This document shows positions 1-10,575 of a DNA stretch of 64,000 nt, piece by piece. The stretch lies in IMG/VR virus record IMGVR_UViG_3300028394_000038. One strand, written 5' to 3'. The notes beneath the pieces are model-generated. The model saw nothing but the letters and a program-made list of their open reading frames with translations, searched no databases and was not told where the DNA came from. Positions within the stretch are counted from its first letter, which is position 1. Every line of letters starts with the position of its first letter. Made by a program: the position numbers and the translations under genes. The DNA comes from a virus.

Positions 1-1
1 T

Positions 2-3000
2 AATCGTCGATTGGGCATTGACCGTAACAACGTTATTATCAGCGAAGGAACATTGGGTGCAGGATTCTTAGACAGAAACGGTATTCTAGAAATGAATGCC
101 AACCTAAGACTTGGCGGACATTACGTTGAGAACTTGGGAGAAATCACTTCTACTACTCCATTCAACTATGCTGTTACAAAACGATATGTTGATAACCAAC
201 AGATGTCAGATGCGTTTGTTGATGTTGATGGAAAGTTTAACAACGATATATTAATTTATAACGGTGATAGATCACCTCCGCTTACACCAGCATGGGTCAA
301 TGCCAAGAGCTCAAGCTATAACAGTCAAATTTATGTTGAGTTGATTGCGGATAAAGAAGTTGACATTCGTGTCAAGAGTGAAACTATTGTCAATAGTCAA
401 ATTAAAGAAGATGCTAATATATCACAGAATAAACTTGATATTAATGTTGCCAATGAGCAAAGAGATCAAGGTGTATTATTATCTGGCGTACAATTATCTA
501 GTGGATATGTAGTAGCAACATCAGATGCTCCTACAGGCAAGTCACCACATTGGTTAGTTAAACTATCTGTAAGTGGAACTCCTACTCTACTGTCAAGCAA
601 TATTTGGTACACAGTATCTGGCAATAGTAATTTAAACTACAATGGAAAATTCTTTTGTGTAAGTTCTAGTTTACGAGTTGGCGGCGCAAATGCCTATATA
701 ATATTAGAGTATCCTGAATATCCAGGAGTCTTTGGCGGAACTACCACTACAGTAACTCCGTGGGAAACAACAATTACTAGTCAGTTAAATCACGGGTTAG
801 TTGCCGGGGATAATGTTTTAATTACTGGGTCAATGGTAGCTTCAGTTAGTGTGGTGGCAAGTGGCCAAATTAATAGTCGTCGATTAATTTTAACTTCGCA
901 AAATAGCGGAGTTGGAACTGGACAACTAGTAACTGGAACTAATATTCCAGACAATACTTATGTAGCATCAGTTGATGGTTCATCTGTAACATTAACTGAA
1001 AAATTAATTGGTGTAGTAGATGCCGCAACAGTGACCTTTGCTAGTAACATTAATGGTAACTGGTTGGTTAAATCTGTCCCGGCTACTAATTCGTTTGTAA
1101 TATCTCTTGATACAAGACTATCGGGTGCATTTACATTAACTACTGCAAGAGCAACTAAGTTAGGACTATCGACATTTAATAAAAATCAGTTTGCTGTTAC
1201 TAATGGTTTTGTATCGTTAAAAACAAGTTTAACTGATGCAGTAACAGCCACAATTAATGCTAACAGTAATATTGTAACTATTTCAAATAGTGACATGGCT
1301 AAGATTGGTGTAGGGCATGTGATTACTATTAGATCCGGCGGCTCTAATGTAATTGTTCCAACAACTGCTCTAGCTAACCCAACAGGTATTGATAACGGTG
1401 TTCAACCACAACCAATGACTGTAACTGCCATTACTAGCGATACTACATTTACTGTGTCAGTAGCATTTGGCGGAACTGGATCTGCAGCCAGTGCAATTTT
1501 AAATATTATTTCAGGTGTGCCGCTATCAAGTGTACAACAAATAGAAACTGACAGGATCATTGGTAATCTAAGCGGAAGTAGAACTACTCCTAATACAGTA
1601 ACCACAGGACAAATTGTCAAAGCTGGTGATGGTATTAAGAACATACAGTTCAATGACGATCAATTAGCTGATGTAGCTGTACGTGGTATCATGAGTATTA
1701 TTACAAGAGATACTGAGTATCCACACAAGAATACATACGGTGTATGGAACGTAACTAAGACCGGTGCTGGTAATAGTGTTGTTCGTACAACTAACGAAGG
1801 TGCAATTGAAGCTACACAATACATTTTAGATAGTAAGAAAGCTATCGATACGTCAGGTGGTGCTAACATTGACTTCTTTACTCCTGGGCAAGCCAAGTTC
1901 TTAACAGCGTCCGGTAACAGTGGAGTTGCGGCACAACCAAATATTTCAGTTGGTACGTTTACAACTTCTATTAATACTACTGCAACTAGAAACGACAGCG
2001 GTCTTATTACTGTTAGAGATACTGCTAATATGTATATAGGACAAGAAATAGCAATAAGTGGAACACCATTTGGTGGACTTACTGTTGGAACATACTATAT
2101 TGTTTCTATAAACGGGCTTACAAATCAAATTACATTAAGCACTAGCGATACATTGTCTCCTGTATTTTCTGGAACAACAGGCGTTGCGCCAAGCGGTCAA
2201 GCTATGACTGTTGCTGGCACCACTATTAATCCAGGTGTACTAAATGGTCAAGTTTATGTGCCAAATTTAAAAGCATACGGTAATGTAATTTTTAATCCTA
2301 TTAATGCAAATATTAGTTTCCAACCACGATCAACTAACGGATCATCTGGTACTATTACCATGTATCCTGCTGTTAACGGTAGTATCAATAATATGTCTAT
2401 TGGTTCATCATCTGAATCAACTGGTAAATTTACTACAGTAGAAATTACCAGCACAACTGATGCTGTAAATTCTACAACTGGTCCGTTAAAGGTTGCAGGT
2501 GGTGCGTCTATTGCCAAGAAACTATTTGTTGGCGGAAACTTTGAAGTTACTGGTGATACACTATTAACTGGTAATTTAGTAGTTAAGGGTGTAACTACAA
2601 CTGTTAATTCAAATACAGTTAATATTGCTGACAAAAATATTATACTAGCCGGTGTAAGTACATCACCAAAAATTAGCGGCGATATTGATGCTAGTGGTAT
2701 TGTAACAAATATGCTTGCTGAAAATGCATTAGCAATTACTGGTCTAATTCCAGGAATGGTTATTACTAAAGATGGAACAACTGGACCAACTAATAATGCC
2801 GTGCTCGGTGGGTTTTTAAGTGTTGCTACTATTGCTGAAGTATTCAGTGCAACTAGTATACGAATTACATTATCAACAGGATCTATTACAGCAGGTAAGA
2901 TAATATTTACTGCGGCTGGTGGTAACGACACCACAGGTGATGGTGGTGGTATTACTGTTAAGGCAGCGGTTGATAAGACTCTAATCTGGGTTGCCGCAAC

Positions 3001-4882
3001 TAACAAGTGGACAACCAACGTTGGTATAGATGTACCAGATGTTACAGTAACTAACGGGTTTAGTGCAGATACAGTTAGTGTTAAAACATTAACTGCGAAA
3101 GACACAATAACATTAGGTGATAGTACTAATGAGTTTGGTAACACTGATAATATTACTACCAATGCATATTTTGTAGCAGGCAATCAATTAAAGACTGCTA
3201 AAACAACTGGCAATACATTGTCAGTATCAGCATACGATGTTGATGGATTGGCATATCAAGATTTGATTAAACTTACTGCGGGCAACACACCGTTTGTAAC
3301 TATTAAGTCAGATGGTCTTGGAACTTTAGACGGCATAGACATTGGTCAGACTAGTCATAAGCAAGGTAAGTTTACTATATTAGAAACCACCGATACTGCT
3401 ACATTTGGTGCCGCAGTTACTATGACTGCCGCTAACAAAAATGTAACATTTAGCCCAAGTGGTACTGGAACTGTTAAGTTAGAACCTGCTGCCGCATTAA
3501 GTTTAAAATCAACTACCGCTGCCGTAACTATTAGTTCCTATACTGCGGGTAATATGGATGGTATTATTATTGGTGCTAATACTGCTAAGGACGGTACATT
3601 TGTAAACTTAACAGCCACTACCGCAGTAACGTTTTCACGTAATGGCCAAGGTACAAGTACAACTGATGCAACACATACATTAAAAGTTACAGGTGGTGCA
3701 GGATTTAGTGGAAACGTATATGCGGCTAAATTCTACGGTGCTTTTGAAGTACCAGCAGGCTCAGGCACAATCAAAGGACAAATTGACGGTGCTGATAAAG
3801 TTTTAACTGTTACAGCGAGTGACGGAGTCGGTCCATACTACTTGACATTTGCTGATTCTAATAATGCCATTGCTACAAATGAAACTATCTATACTGATGG
3901 CTCATTAAGTTATAATGCAAGTTCTAATACACTAACCGCTGATAACTTTGCAGGTATTGCAACTAAAGCAACAAACTTGACAGGCGGAATATTAGGTTCA
4001 ATACATTATCAATCAGCAAATAATACATCAGCAATCCTAGCACCAAACGTAACTATAACTAACAAGTTTTTACGTTCAGTAGGTGATGGCGCGAGCGGTA
4101 CTGCACCATCTTGGATACAGCTTGCGTCTACTGATATTAGTGATTTTGGTACTGCTGTTAGTGGTTACATTGGTACTGGCACAGAGATAGCCGGTAATGC
4201 GGCAACTGCTAGTAAGTGGAAAACTGCTCGTACAATTTCATTCACCGGTGGAGCAACTGGTAGTGTATCAATCCAGGGCGATGCTAACGTTACTTGTCAG
4301 TTGACATTAGCGGCTGCGGCGGCTGATACAGTAAAAGTTACAGATGAAGCAACAGCAAGTACTGCTAGGTACATAACATTTACTAGCCAAGGTACTAGCG
4401 GGCAACAAGCCAACATCGGAATTGACGGTGACTTGTTCTACAAACCAAGTACAAACACATTAACTGCTAGTTATTTTGCAGGTATTGCTAGCTATGCCAA
4501 CTACGGTGACTTAGCAGAAAAATATCTAGCAGATGCAGACTACGAAGAAGGAACAGTTTTAGTATTTGGCGGAGATGAAGAAGTAACTCAAAGTACAGTC
4601 TTCAACGATCGTAGAGTAGCTGGTGTTATATCCTTAAAAGCTGCCTATACTATGAATGATAAATTAGAAGGCAATCATGTAGCAGTTGTTGCTCTACAAG
4701 GTCGTGTGCCAGTTAAAGTTATCGGTCGTGTACAAAAAGGTGACTTGCTAGTATCAAGCGGTAAGCCAGGATATGCGATTGTTAATAACGATCCACGTGT
4801 TGGCACAGTTATTGGTAAGTCGATAGCAGTAAAAACAACAGACGGCGAAGGCGTTGTCGAAGCTGTTGTAGGTAAACATTAA
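2..4882 (+). CDS. Large tail fibre/tail-associated protein, 5'-truncated by the window edge, with a C-terminal DLAE-type intramolecular chaperone-like domain
   Basis: Frame open from position 2; Thr/Gly/Ser/Val-rich beta-type sequence; GNAATASKWKTARTI fibre motif; C-terminal DLAEKY...VALQGRVPVKV domain. Confidence 0.75.
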   Translation, partial: NRRLGIDRNNVIISEGTLGAGFLDRNGILEMNANLRLGGHYVENLGEITSTTPFNYAVTKRYVDNQQMSDAFVDVDGKFNNDILIYNGDRSPPLTPAWVNAKSSSYNSQIYVELIADKEVDIRVKSETIVNSQIKEDANISQNKLDINVANEQRDQGVLLSGVQLSSGYVVATSDAPTGKSPHWLVKLSVSGTPTLLSSNIWYTVSGNSNLNYNGKFFCVSSSLRVGGANAYIILEYPEYPGVFGGTTTTVTPWETTITSQLNHGLVAGDNVLITGSMVASVSVVASGQINSRRLILTSQNSGVGTGQLVTGTNIPDNTYVASVDGSSVTLTEKLIGVVDAATVTFASNINGNWLVKSVPATNSFVISLDTRLSGAFTLTTARATKLGLSTFNKNQFAVTNGFVSLKTSLTDAVTATINANSNIVTISNSDMAKIGVGHVITIRSGGSNVIVPTTALANPTGIDNGVQPQPMTVTAITSDTTFTVSVAFGGTGSAASAILNIISGVPLSSVQQIETDRIIGNLSGSRTTPNTVTTGQIVKAGDGIKNIQFNDDQLADVAVRGIMSIITRDTEYPHKNTYGVWNVTKTGAGNSVVRTTNEGAIEATQYILDSKKAIDTSGGANIDFFTPGQAKFLTASGNSGVAAQPNISVGTFTTSINTTATRNDSGLITVRDTANMYIGQEIAISGTPFGGLTVGTYYIVSINGLTNQITLSTSDTLSPVFSGTTGVAPSGQAMTVAGTTINPGVLNGQVYVPNLKAYGNVIFNPINANISFQPRSTNGSSGTITMYPAVNGSINNMSIGSSSESTGKFTTVEITSTTDAVNSTTGPLKVAGGASIAKKLFVGGNFEVTGDTLLTGNLVVKGVTTTVNSNTVNIADKNIILAGVSTSPKISGDIDASGIVTNMLAENALAITGLIPGMVITKDGTTGPTNNAVLGGFLSVATIAEVFSATSIRITLSTGSITAGKIIFTAAGGNDTTGDGGGITVKAAVDKTLIWVAATNKWTTNVGIDVPDVTVTNGFSADTVSVKTLTAKDTITLGDSTNEFGNTDNITTNAYFVAGNQLKTAKTTGNTLSVSAYDVDGLAYQDLIKLTAGNTPFVTIKSDGLGTLDGIDIGQTSHKQGKFTILETTDTATFGAAVTMTAANKNVTFSPSGTGTVKLEPAAALSLKSTTAAVTISSYTAGNMDGIIIGANTAKDGTFVNLTATTAVTFSRNGQGTSTTDATHTLKVTGGAGFSGNVYAAKFYGAFEVPAGSGTIKGQIDGADKVLTVTASDGVGPYYLTFADSNNAIATNETIYTDGSLSYNASSNTLTADNFAGIATKATNLTGGILGSIHYQSANNTSAILAPNVTITNKFLRSVGDGASGTAPSWIQLASTDISDFGTAVSGYIGTGTEIAGNAATASKWKTARTISFTGGATGSVSIQGDANVTCQLTLAAAAADTVKVTDEATASTARYITFTSQGTSGQQANIGIDGDLFYKPSTNTLTASYFAGIASYANYGDLAEKYLADADYEEGTVLVFGGDEEVTQSTVFNDRRVAGVISLKAAYTMNDKLEGNHVAVVALQGRVPVKVIGRVQKGDLLVSSGKPGYAIVNNDPRVGTVIGKSIAVKTTDGEGVVEAVVGKH

Positions 4883-4893
4883 AGGAAACAACT

Positions 4894-5688
4894 ATGCCAG
4901 TTCCATTTGAAATTCGAGACAATCTTGTTAACGTTGGCGTAGTTGCCAACGACGGTACAGGTGACGATCTTAGAGATGCATTTTTAAAAATTAACGGAAA
5001 TTTCTTATACTTAGGTAATAGATTAGGAACAAATCCTAGCGGAGCTAACATAGGGCCACGAGGTGAATCAGTTTTTAAAGAAGTTGTAGATTTTCAATAT
5101 CGATTTAGAAAAATTGATGCTGATGGCAATCTGCATGTTAGACTTGTAGGCGATGTTATAACTTTAGAGTTTAAACCAAATAGCGCAGTTAATTTCCAAG
5201 GGCAGGCAATTACTAATGCTGGCGCTGTTACTGCTACTAGTTTCACTGGTAACCTAAGTGGTAATGTAACTGGTAATGTAACGGGCAACGCAGGTTCTGT
5301 AACAAACGGTGTTTACACCACCGGTGATCAAACAATTGGCGGAGTTAAAACATTTAACTCTAGAATAAACGCAAGTATTAACGGAAATGCACATACAGTA
5401 GATGACGGAGTTTACACCCAGGGAAATCAGAACATAGATGGTTTTAAAACTTTCCTCCAACCTATCTCAGGGCTATTATCCGGCAACGTAACCGGGCTAA
5501 TTAGAAGCCCTAACCAAACTGCTTACGTGGATGTGAGTAACCTAGAAAGACGAATAAATACATTTGACTATGGAGTTATCAATCCAGTGTTTATGGACCC
5601 TATAAGATATTATTTGTATGCTGTAGGGACAGATATGGGCACATTCAATAACCCTAGCGACTTTGGCATAGACGCTGGAACTATATAA
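4894..5688 (+). CDS. Baseplate/fibre-associated structural protein with T4 gp9/gp10-like N-terminus
   Basis: N-terminal VNVGVVANDGTGDDLRDAFLKINGNF resembles the gp9/gp10 DDGTGD motif; GNVT repeats. Confidence 0.6.
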   Translation: MPVPFEIRDNLVNVGVVANDGTGDDLRDAFLKINGNFLYLGNRLGTNPSGANIGPRGESVFKEVVDFQYRFRKIDADGNLHVRLVGDVITLEFKPNSAVNFQGQAITNAGAVTATSFTGNLSGNVTGNVTGNAGSVTNGVYTTGDQTIGGVKTFNSRINASINGNAHTVDDGVYTQGNQNIDGFKTFLQPISGLLSGNVTGLIRSPNQTAYVDVSNLERRINTFDYGVINPVFMDPIRYYLYAVGTDMGTFNNPSDFGIDAGTI

Positions 5689-5699
5689 CGGAGAATAAA

Positions 5700-7406
5700 A
5701 TGGCATTACAAATTAGACGCGGACCAACAGCAGACAGAACAACTAAGAGATTTGTCGAAGGTGAGTTGGTTTACGACACGCAAGAAAAAGCACTGTATGT
5801 TGGTGATAGCGCCGATGGTGGTGTTACTGGGACTTTAGGCGGAAAAGCGGCATCGTCTTATACTGACGAGCGAGCGGTTGACGCAGTAGGTGCGGCACTG
5901 GTTGCTGGTACCGGAAATGTTGTCTTTACCTATGGCACTACGCAAGATAATGCAAATAGAATAGATGCAACTGTTACATTAGATGGTATTGGTTTGTTGA
6001 ATGTTGTAGAAGATACAACACCACAACTAGGCGGTAACTTAGATTTAAATAGTCGCGATATTACAGGCACTGGAAATGTTAACATTACCGGAACAGTAAC
6101 TGCCACAGGGTTTACAGGACCATTAACTGGTAATGCCTCAACAGTTACTAACGGAATATATGCTGGACAGAAATTTTATGTTGGTACTACAGAGATTGAT
6201 ATACAAAGATCTAGTCTTGCCCAAACACTAACTGGCACAAGTATCGATGGTAATGCAGGTGGTAATGCGGCAACAGCAACCAAGCTAGCCGCTACTAAAA
6301 ACATTAACGGTGTAGCATTTGACGGCAGTGCAGACATTACAGTTATTACACAAGGAACTGGCGTAACTGTTAGCGGAAGTACTATTAGTATCGGTCAAGC
6401 AGTTGCTACAACTAGTAATGTTACATTCAATAATGTAACAGTTAGCGGTGATTTAACAGTTAATGGTGATACTACAACACTTAATACATCAACACTAACT
6501 GTTGAGGACATTAATATTAACATTGCTAAAAATGCTACAAGTAACGGTTTTGTCGACGGTGCCGGTATTACTATTGGTAATTATGCAAATAGTCCTTCGA
6601 TAACATATACAGCAACTGGCGATAAACTTGTTTTTAATAGACAAGTTGAAGCTACTAGTTTTGCTGGTAATGTGTCTGGTAGCGTAACTGGTAACGTAAC
6701 TGGTAACGTAACTGGTAACGTAACTAGTACAGGAGATAACGCATTTTCAACTGCAACTGTCAGTGGCGGAGATGCTAATAACTCTAGTTTAAAACTTGCA
6801 GGTTACAATCAACGTGGAGGTGTTGGATTTCATGGTTTCTTAGAAGTTAGAAACAACTATTCTTCTGCGGCAAATCCCAACAGATATTTCCGTTTAAATT
6901 CCGACGGTGTTTTAGAAATTATTAATAGCTCGTATGCCGTAACATTATTGGCATTAGACAATGACGGAAATATGGAAATCCACGGAACATTTAATTCTAC
7001 TGGTAACATTACTGCTCCGCAATTTAACGGAACAGTAGCAGGTAATGTTATTACTACTAGTATTAACACCCCAAGTCTTGGCACTACACTTACAATGACC
7101 CCTCAGGTAACATTTAGCAATTATGTTAACATTGACCAAGGTCTTTTAATATCCGGTGATTATGCATTATCAGTTTCAGGATATAAAGTTATTAGTCAAA
7201 ATACTCCAGGATACACAACTGCGGCTGATTTGAATAATACTAGAGCAACATTTAATGTTCCTGTACGCTTTGGCAGCTATACAACTGTACAAAGAAATGC
7301 ATTATCGGCTACCAACGGCGATGTGGTTTACTGTACAGATAGCGGCCCCGGTGGTATTGGACAGTTTTGTGGCTATGCAAACGGCGCTTGGGTATCACTA
7401 AGTTAA
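5700..7406 (+). CDS. Tail fibre protein with Mtd-N-like N-terminal domain
   Basis: MALQIRRG...EGELVYDT N-terminus; [20 protein letters not shown] fibre motif; GGAG SD. Confidence 0.65.
   Translation: MALQIRRGPTADRTTKRFVEGELVYDTQEKALYVGDSADGGVTGTLGGKAASSYTDERAVDAVGAALVAGTGNVVFTYGTTQDNANRIDATVTLDGIGLLNVVEDTTPQLGGNLDLNSRDITGTGNVNITGTVTATGFTGPLTGNASTVTNGIYAGQKFYVGTTEIDIQRSSLAQTLTGTSIDGNAGGNAATATKLAATKNINGVAFDGSADITVITQGTGVTVSGSTISIGQAVATTSNVTFNNVTVSGDLTVNGDTTTLNTSTLTVEDININIAKNATSNGFVDGAGITIGNYANSPSITYTATGDKLVFNRQVEATSFAGNVSGSVTGNVTGNVTGNVTSTGDNAFSTATVSGGDANNSSLKLAGYNQRGGVGFHGFLEVRNNYSSAANPNRYFRLNSDGVLEIINSSYAVTLLALDNDGNMEIHGTFNSTGNITAPQFNGTVAGNVITTSINTPSLGTTLTMTPQVTFSNYVNIDQGLLISGDYALSVSGYKVISQNTPGYTTAADLNNTRATFNVPVRFGSYTTVQRNALSATNGDVVYCTDSGPGGIGQFCGYANGAWVSLS
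6683..6725 (+). repeat. Coding 12-bp tandem repeat (CGTAACTGGTAA x ~3.5) encoding VTGN repeats
   Basis: Read directly in the sequence. Confidence 0.85.
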
Positions 7407-7408
7407 CA

Positions 7409-7415
7409 ATAAATA
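7409..7415 (+). promoter_or_regulatory. T4-late-like promoter motif ATAAATA
   Basis: Intergenic, ~20 nt before a structural gene start; same motif recurs at many intergenic positions. Confidence 0.6.
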
Positions 7416-7434
7416 CAGCATATAGGATAATAAT

Positions 7435-10400
7435 ATGCTGAATATTTGGAGCGTAAAATCTGGGCACTCACTTGGATCCCTACAAGAAGGTACGGTATTC
7501 AAGAATATCCACGGGGCAGACAATCGTATACCCCTACCACTAATCAACGGTGCTGATTTATCCAATTTAACTTTTAGTTTAATTTCTGGAAAACTACCCC
7601 AAGGACTTAGACTGATAGATCATTACATTTCAGGATCTCCATACGAAGTTGTTAGATCAACTGTTTCAACATTTGTTATTAGAGCAAGTAATTCAGTTAC
7701 TGGCGAAATATCGGACCGCACGTTATCAATTACAGTTGAAGGTGCAGATGCTCCAAAATGGGTTACTACGGAAGGTACATTGCCTGTAGGGGCAGTACCC
7801 TATAGAATAGCACGGATAGTAAGTGCATCAAGATATAATAATATTGTTACACTTACAACTGACAAAGCACACGACTTTGTTTTTGATAACGAGATCTCAG
7901 TAACTAGTTCATTAGCTGATATCAATAATAATAAAATAAAAATTATACGTCCAGGATTTTCTGGAGTTGAAACGCCCGACGAATACATTTATAGAATAGC
8001 ACACACTATAACATATAGAGATGTTGGTATTAACTTTGGTACTAGATCCGTTACAGGCACAGTCCAGTTATTAAAAGCGCCGCTGACTTTTGTGTTAGAC
8101 GGAACCTATATTGATTTTCAATTACTAGCCACTGACACTGATCTGCGAGCAGGGGACGAATTAGAATTCTTTATTGAAGATAACAGCGGACAACTTCCAC
8201 CGGGTCTAACATTAAATAGAAATGGACGCATTACTGGATTTATTGATCCTATTCTTGCTCTTGACATTACTGCCCGAGACGGAACATTTGACGTTAATAC
8301 GTTTGATGATTATCCGTATGATTTTGCTCCGTTGCCTAACATTGGTATTGCAGGATACGAACAAGTACTTACTCCTAAAAAATTAAATAGATTCTATGAA
8401 TTTATTGTTAGTGTAAGTGACGGCGAAACTATTACCAAACGTACATTTAAAATATATGTAGTTGGAGATGACTTCTTACGCACAGATAATACCATAATGA
8501 AAATTGGTGGCGGTGCTTATATTTCCTATACTTCCGACAGCACCTATCTACGTAGCCCAATTTGGTTAAGCGCGGCTAACCTAGGAACTAAACGTGCTAA
8601 TAATTATGTTACTGTTATACTAGATACATTTGATCCGAATCCAGCAATTGGGCCAGTTGATTATCGTTTAGAAAAATTTAACCCTGATGGTACTCCAAGC
8701 GAGTTGCCGGCAGGTCTAGCACTTGATCCTAGCAACAGCGAAATTTTTGGTTTTGTTCCTTACCAACCAGCTGTTACAATAAATTATAAATTTACAGTTA
8801 GTGCAACAAAGTACGATAAAGAAAATCTTGAACAAATTGAAGTTGAAATTGTCAATGCAGAATTAGCGCCAATTGGTCAAAATTATTTAAAAATTAACAA
8901 ATTACCAACAAGTGATCAACAATTGATCACTAATGACAACATACGAATTGGTGCTTATACTTACAAGATTAACTCTTACGAAGTGCTGTCTAATCAAGCA
9001 TATGACACTATTAAATTAGATAAGCCCCTAAAGAATGTAGTTATTAAAAGTTTTGTTATTGCCAATTCTTATTACAGAGTACTAAGTCAGCTGTATACAA
9101 CACGTACAAGTTCAAAAACTTTTACCATGCAGGTGCTTGGAGAGATTGACAGCGTTATTAGATTCTTAACTCCTGCTAACTTGGGATCAGTTAGAGCAAA
9201 CTTATCAAGTCAATTAGAAATACAAGCAGAAACTACAGTAATAGGTGCTGTACTAACTTATAGACAAGTTAGAGGAACATTACCTCCGGGTGTTGAGTTA
9301 CGTGCTAATGGCGAACTGATTGGGCGTGTTACACAATTTGGAAATATTGTCTACAGAAGTTTTTGGAAAAGCGGAAAGCAATATAAAATTAATGATGTTA
9401 TAAAATATCAAGATCAATTATATAAAGCTAACTTTGCACATACTAGTAGCACACCGTTTAATATATCTCATTGGGACAAATATACTTTTAGAAATAATAT
9501 CACAGGTCTCACAACATATGATAGCAGAACTACTAGCTTTGATGGTCGCACAGGAACGCAAGATCGATCTTATACATTTACTGTATTGGCCCAAGATCAA
9601 TTTAAATACAGTGCCATATCCGGAACGTTTACAGTATTTGTAGAAGACCCCGATGTGAAATTGTTTAGTAATGTTTATGTTAAACCGTTTCCTACATTAG
9701 CCAAACGAGCAAAGTTTTATACGTTTATTAACGACTTGGATATTTTTACTGAAAGTAAGATATATCGATCAAGTGATCCAAACTATGGTGTACAAAAAGA
9801 ATTAAAAATGTTGATATATGCTGGCATTGAAACTCTAGAAATTAAAAACTATGTGCCTGCACTAGCTATGAATACTAAACGTAAACGTTTTCGTATAGGT
9901 AGTCCAAAGAAGGCCATTGCAAGGAACCAGGGTTCAAACGATACAATATATGAAGTAATATATCTTGAAATTTTTGACGAGTACGAAATTGGAAAACTTA
10001 GTCCTGCTCAGGCAATAAAGTTATCATACGGCTCCCGTTCTAAAGTTCAAGTTAATCAAACTGACATAAATCCGGTTAACGGACTATTAAACTTATCTAA
10101 TAACAAAATACGCAATAAATTAAACGAAGATAGCATAGATAGATTTCGAGGTGCTGGAGATAATTTAAAAGCAGATACAACTGCGGTTAGGGCTAGTGGT
10201 AAAGATCTTGAATACATCTATCCTTCTAGCGTTAGTAATATTAGGCGCAATATAAAAACATTAATTGTTGGGGACAGTCCTAGACAAATTGATACAGAAA
10301 ATAGCTTTTTGCCGCCATGGATGGTTACTCCGCAGGACTCAAAAACTCCTGCGACAGGGTATATAAAGGCGGTGCCGTTATGCTATTGCAAACCCGGTGA

Positions 10401-10548
10401 AGCAGACTATATTTTACAAAATATAGCACACAGCGGATTTGATTTTACTAGTTTAGACTTTGAAATTGATAGATTTATTATCGATGCAGTTTCTGGAAAC
10501 AATGAAGACCAGTATTTGAAAATTCCTAATTACAAGTTTAACGTATGA
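7435..10548 (+). CDS. Large virion structural protein (probable baseplate wedge) with putative Ig-like repeats and a carbohydrate-binding-like module
   Basis: Repeated G.LP.GL.L...G.I.G motifs; WKSGKQYKINDVIKYQDQLYKA module. Confidence 0.6.
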   Translation: MLNIWSVKSGHSLGSLQEGTVFKNIHGADNRIPLPLINGADLSNLTFSLISGKLPQGLRLIDHYISGSPYEVVRSTVSTFVIRASNSVTGEISDRTLSITVEGADAPKWVTTEGTLPVGAVPYRIARIVSASRYNNIVTLTTDKAHDFVFDNEISVTSSLADINNNKIKIIRPGFSGVETPDEYIYRIAHTITYRDVGINFGTRSVTGTVQLLKAPLTFVLDGTYIDFQLLATDTDLRAGDELEFFIEDNSGQLPPGLTLNRNGRITGFIDPILALDITARDGTFDVNTFDDYPYDFAPLPNIGIAGYEQVLTPKKLNRFYEFIVSVSDGETITKRTFKIYVVGDDFLRTDNTIMKIGGGAYISYTSDSTYLRSPIWLSAANLGTKRANNYVTVILDTFDPNPAIGPVDYRLEKFNPDGTPSELPAGLALDPSNSEIFGFVPYQPAVTINYKFTVSATKYDKENLEQIEVEIVNAELAPIGQNYLKINKLPTSDQQLITNDNIRIGAYTYKINSYEVLSNQAYDTIKLDKPLKNVVIKSFVIANSYYRVLSQLYTTRTSSKTFTMQVLGEIDSVIRFLTPANLGSVRANLSSQLEIQAETTVIGAVLTYRQVRGTLPPGVELRANGELIGRVTQFGNIVYRSFWKSGKQYKINDVIKYQDQLYKANFAHTSSTPFNISHWDKYTFRNNITGLTTYDSRTTSFDGRTGTQDRSYTFTVLAQDQFKYSAISGTFTVFVEDPDVKLFSNVYVKPFPTLAKRAKFYTFINDLDIFTESKIYRSSDPNYGVQKELKMLIYAGIETLEIKNYVPALAMNTKRKRFRIGSPKKAIARNQGSNDTIYEVIYLEIFDEYEIGKLSPAQAIKLSYGSRSKVQVNQTDINPVNGLLNLSNNKIRNKLNEDSIDRFRGAGDNLKADTTAVRASGKDLEYIYPSSVSNIRRNIKTLIVGDSPRQIDTENSFLPPWMVTPQDSKTPATGYIKAVPLCYCKPGEADYILQNIAHSGFDFTSLDFEIDRFIIDAVSGNNEDQYLKIPNYKFNV

Positions 10549-10554
10549 TAAATA
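10548..10554 (+). promoter_or_regulatory. T4-late-like promoter motif ATAAATA
   Basis: Overlaps the upstream stop codon, ~22 nt before ATG 10576. Confidence 0.6.
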
Positions 10555-10575
10555 CTTAATCAAGGATACTATAAC

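Noticed and set aside
2254-3183. 309-aa minus-strand ORF and the many other antisense/shadow ORFs in the track
   Set aside because: They lie opposite well-supported genes, have no motifs or SD, and are explained by codon bias of the sense gene
6683-6725. Tandem repeat as a CRISPR array or contingency locus
   Set aside because: In-frame 12-bp coding repeat without spacers
5700-7406. Diversity-generating retroelement suggested by the Mtd-like N-terminus
   Set aside because: No reverse transcriptase or TR/VR repeat pair seen in the window; the N-terminal domain is a generic fibre attachment module
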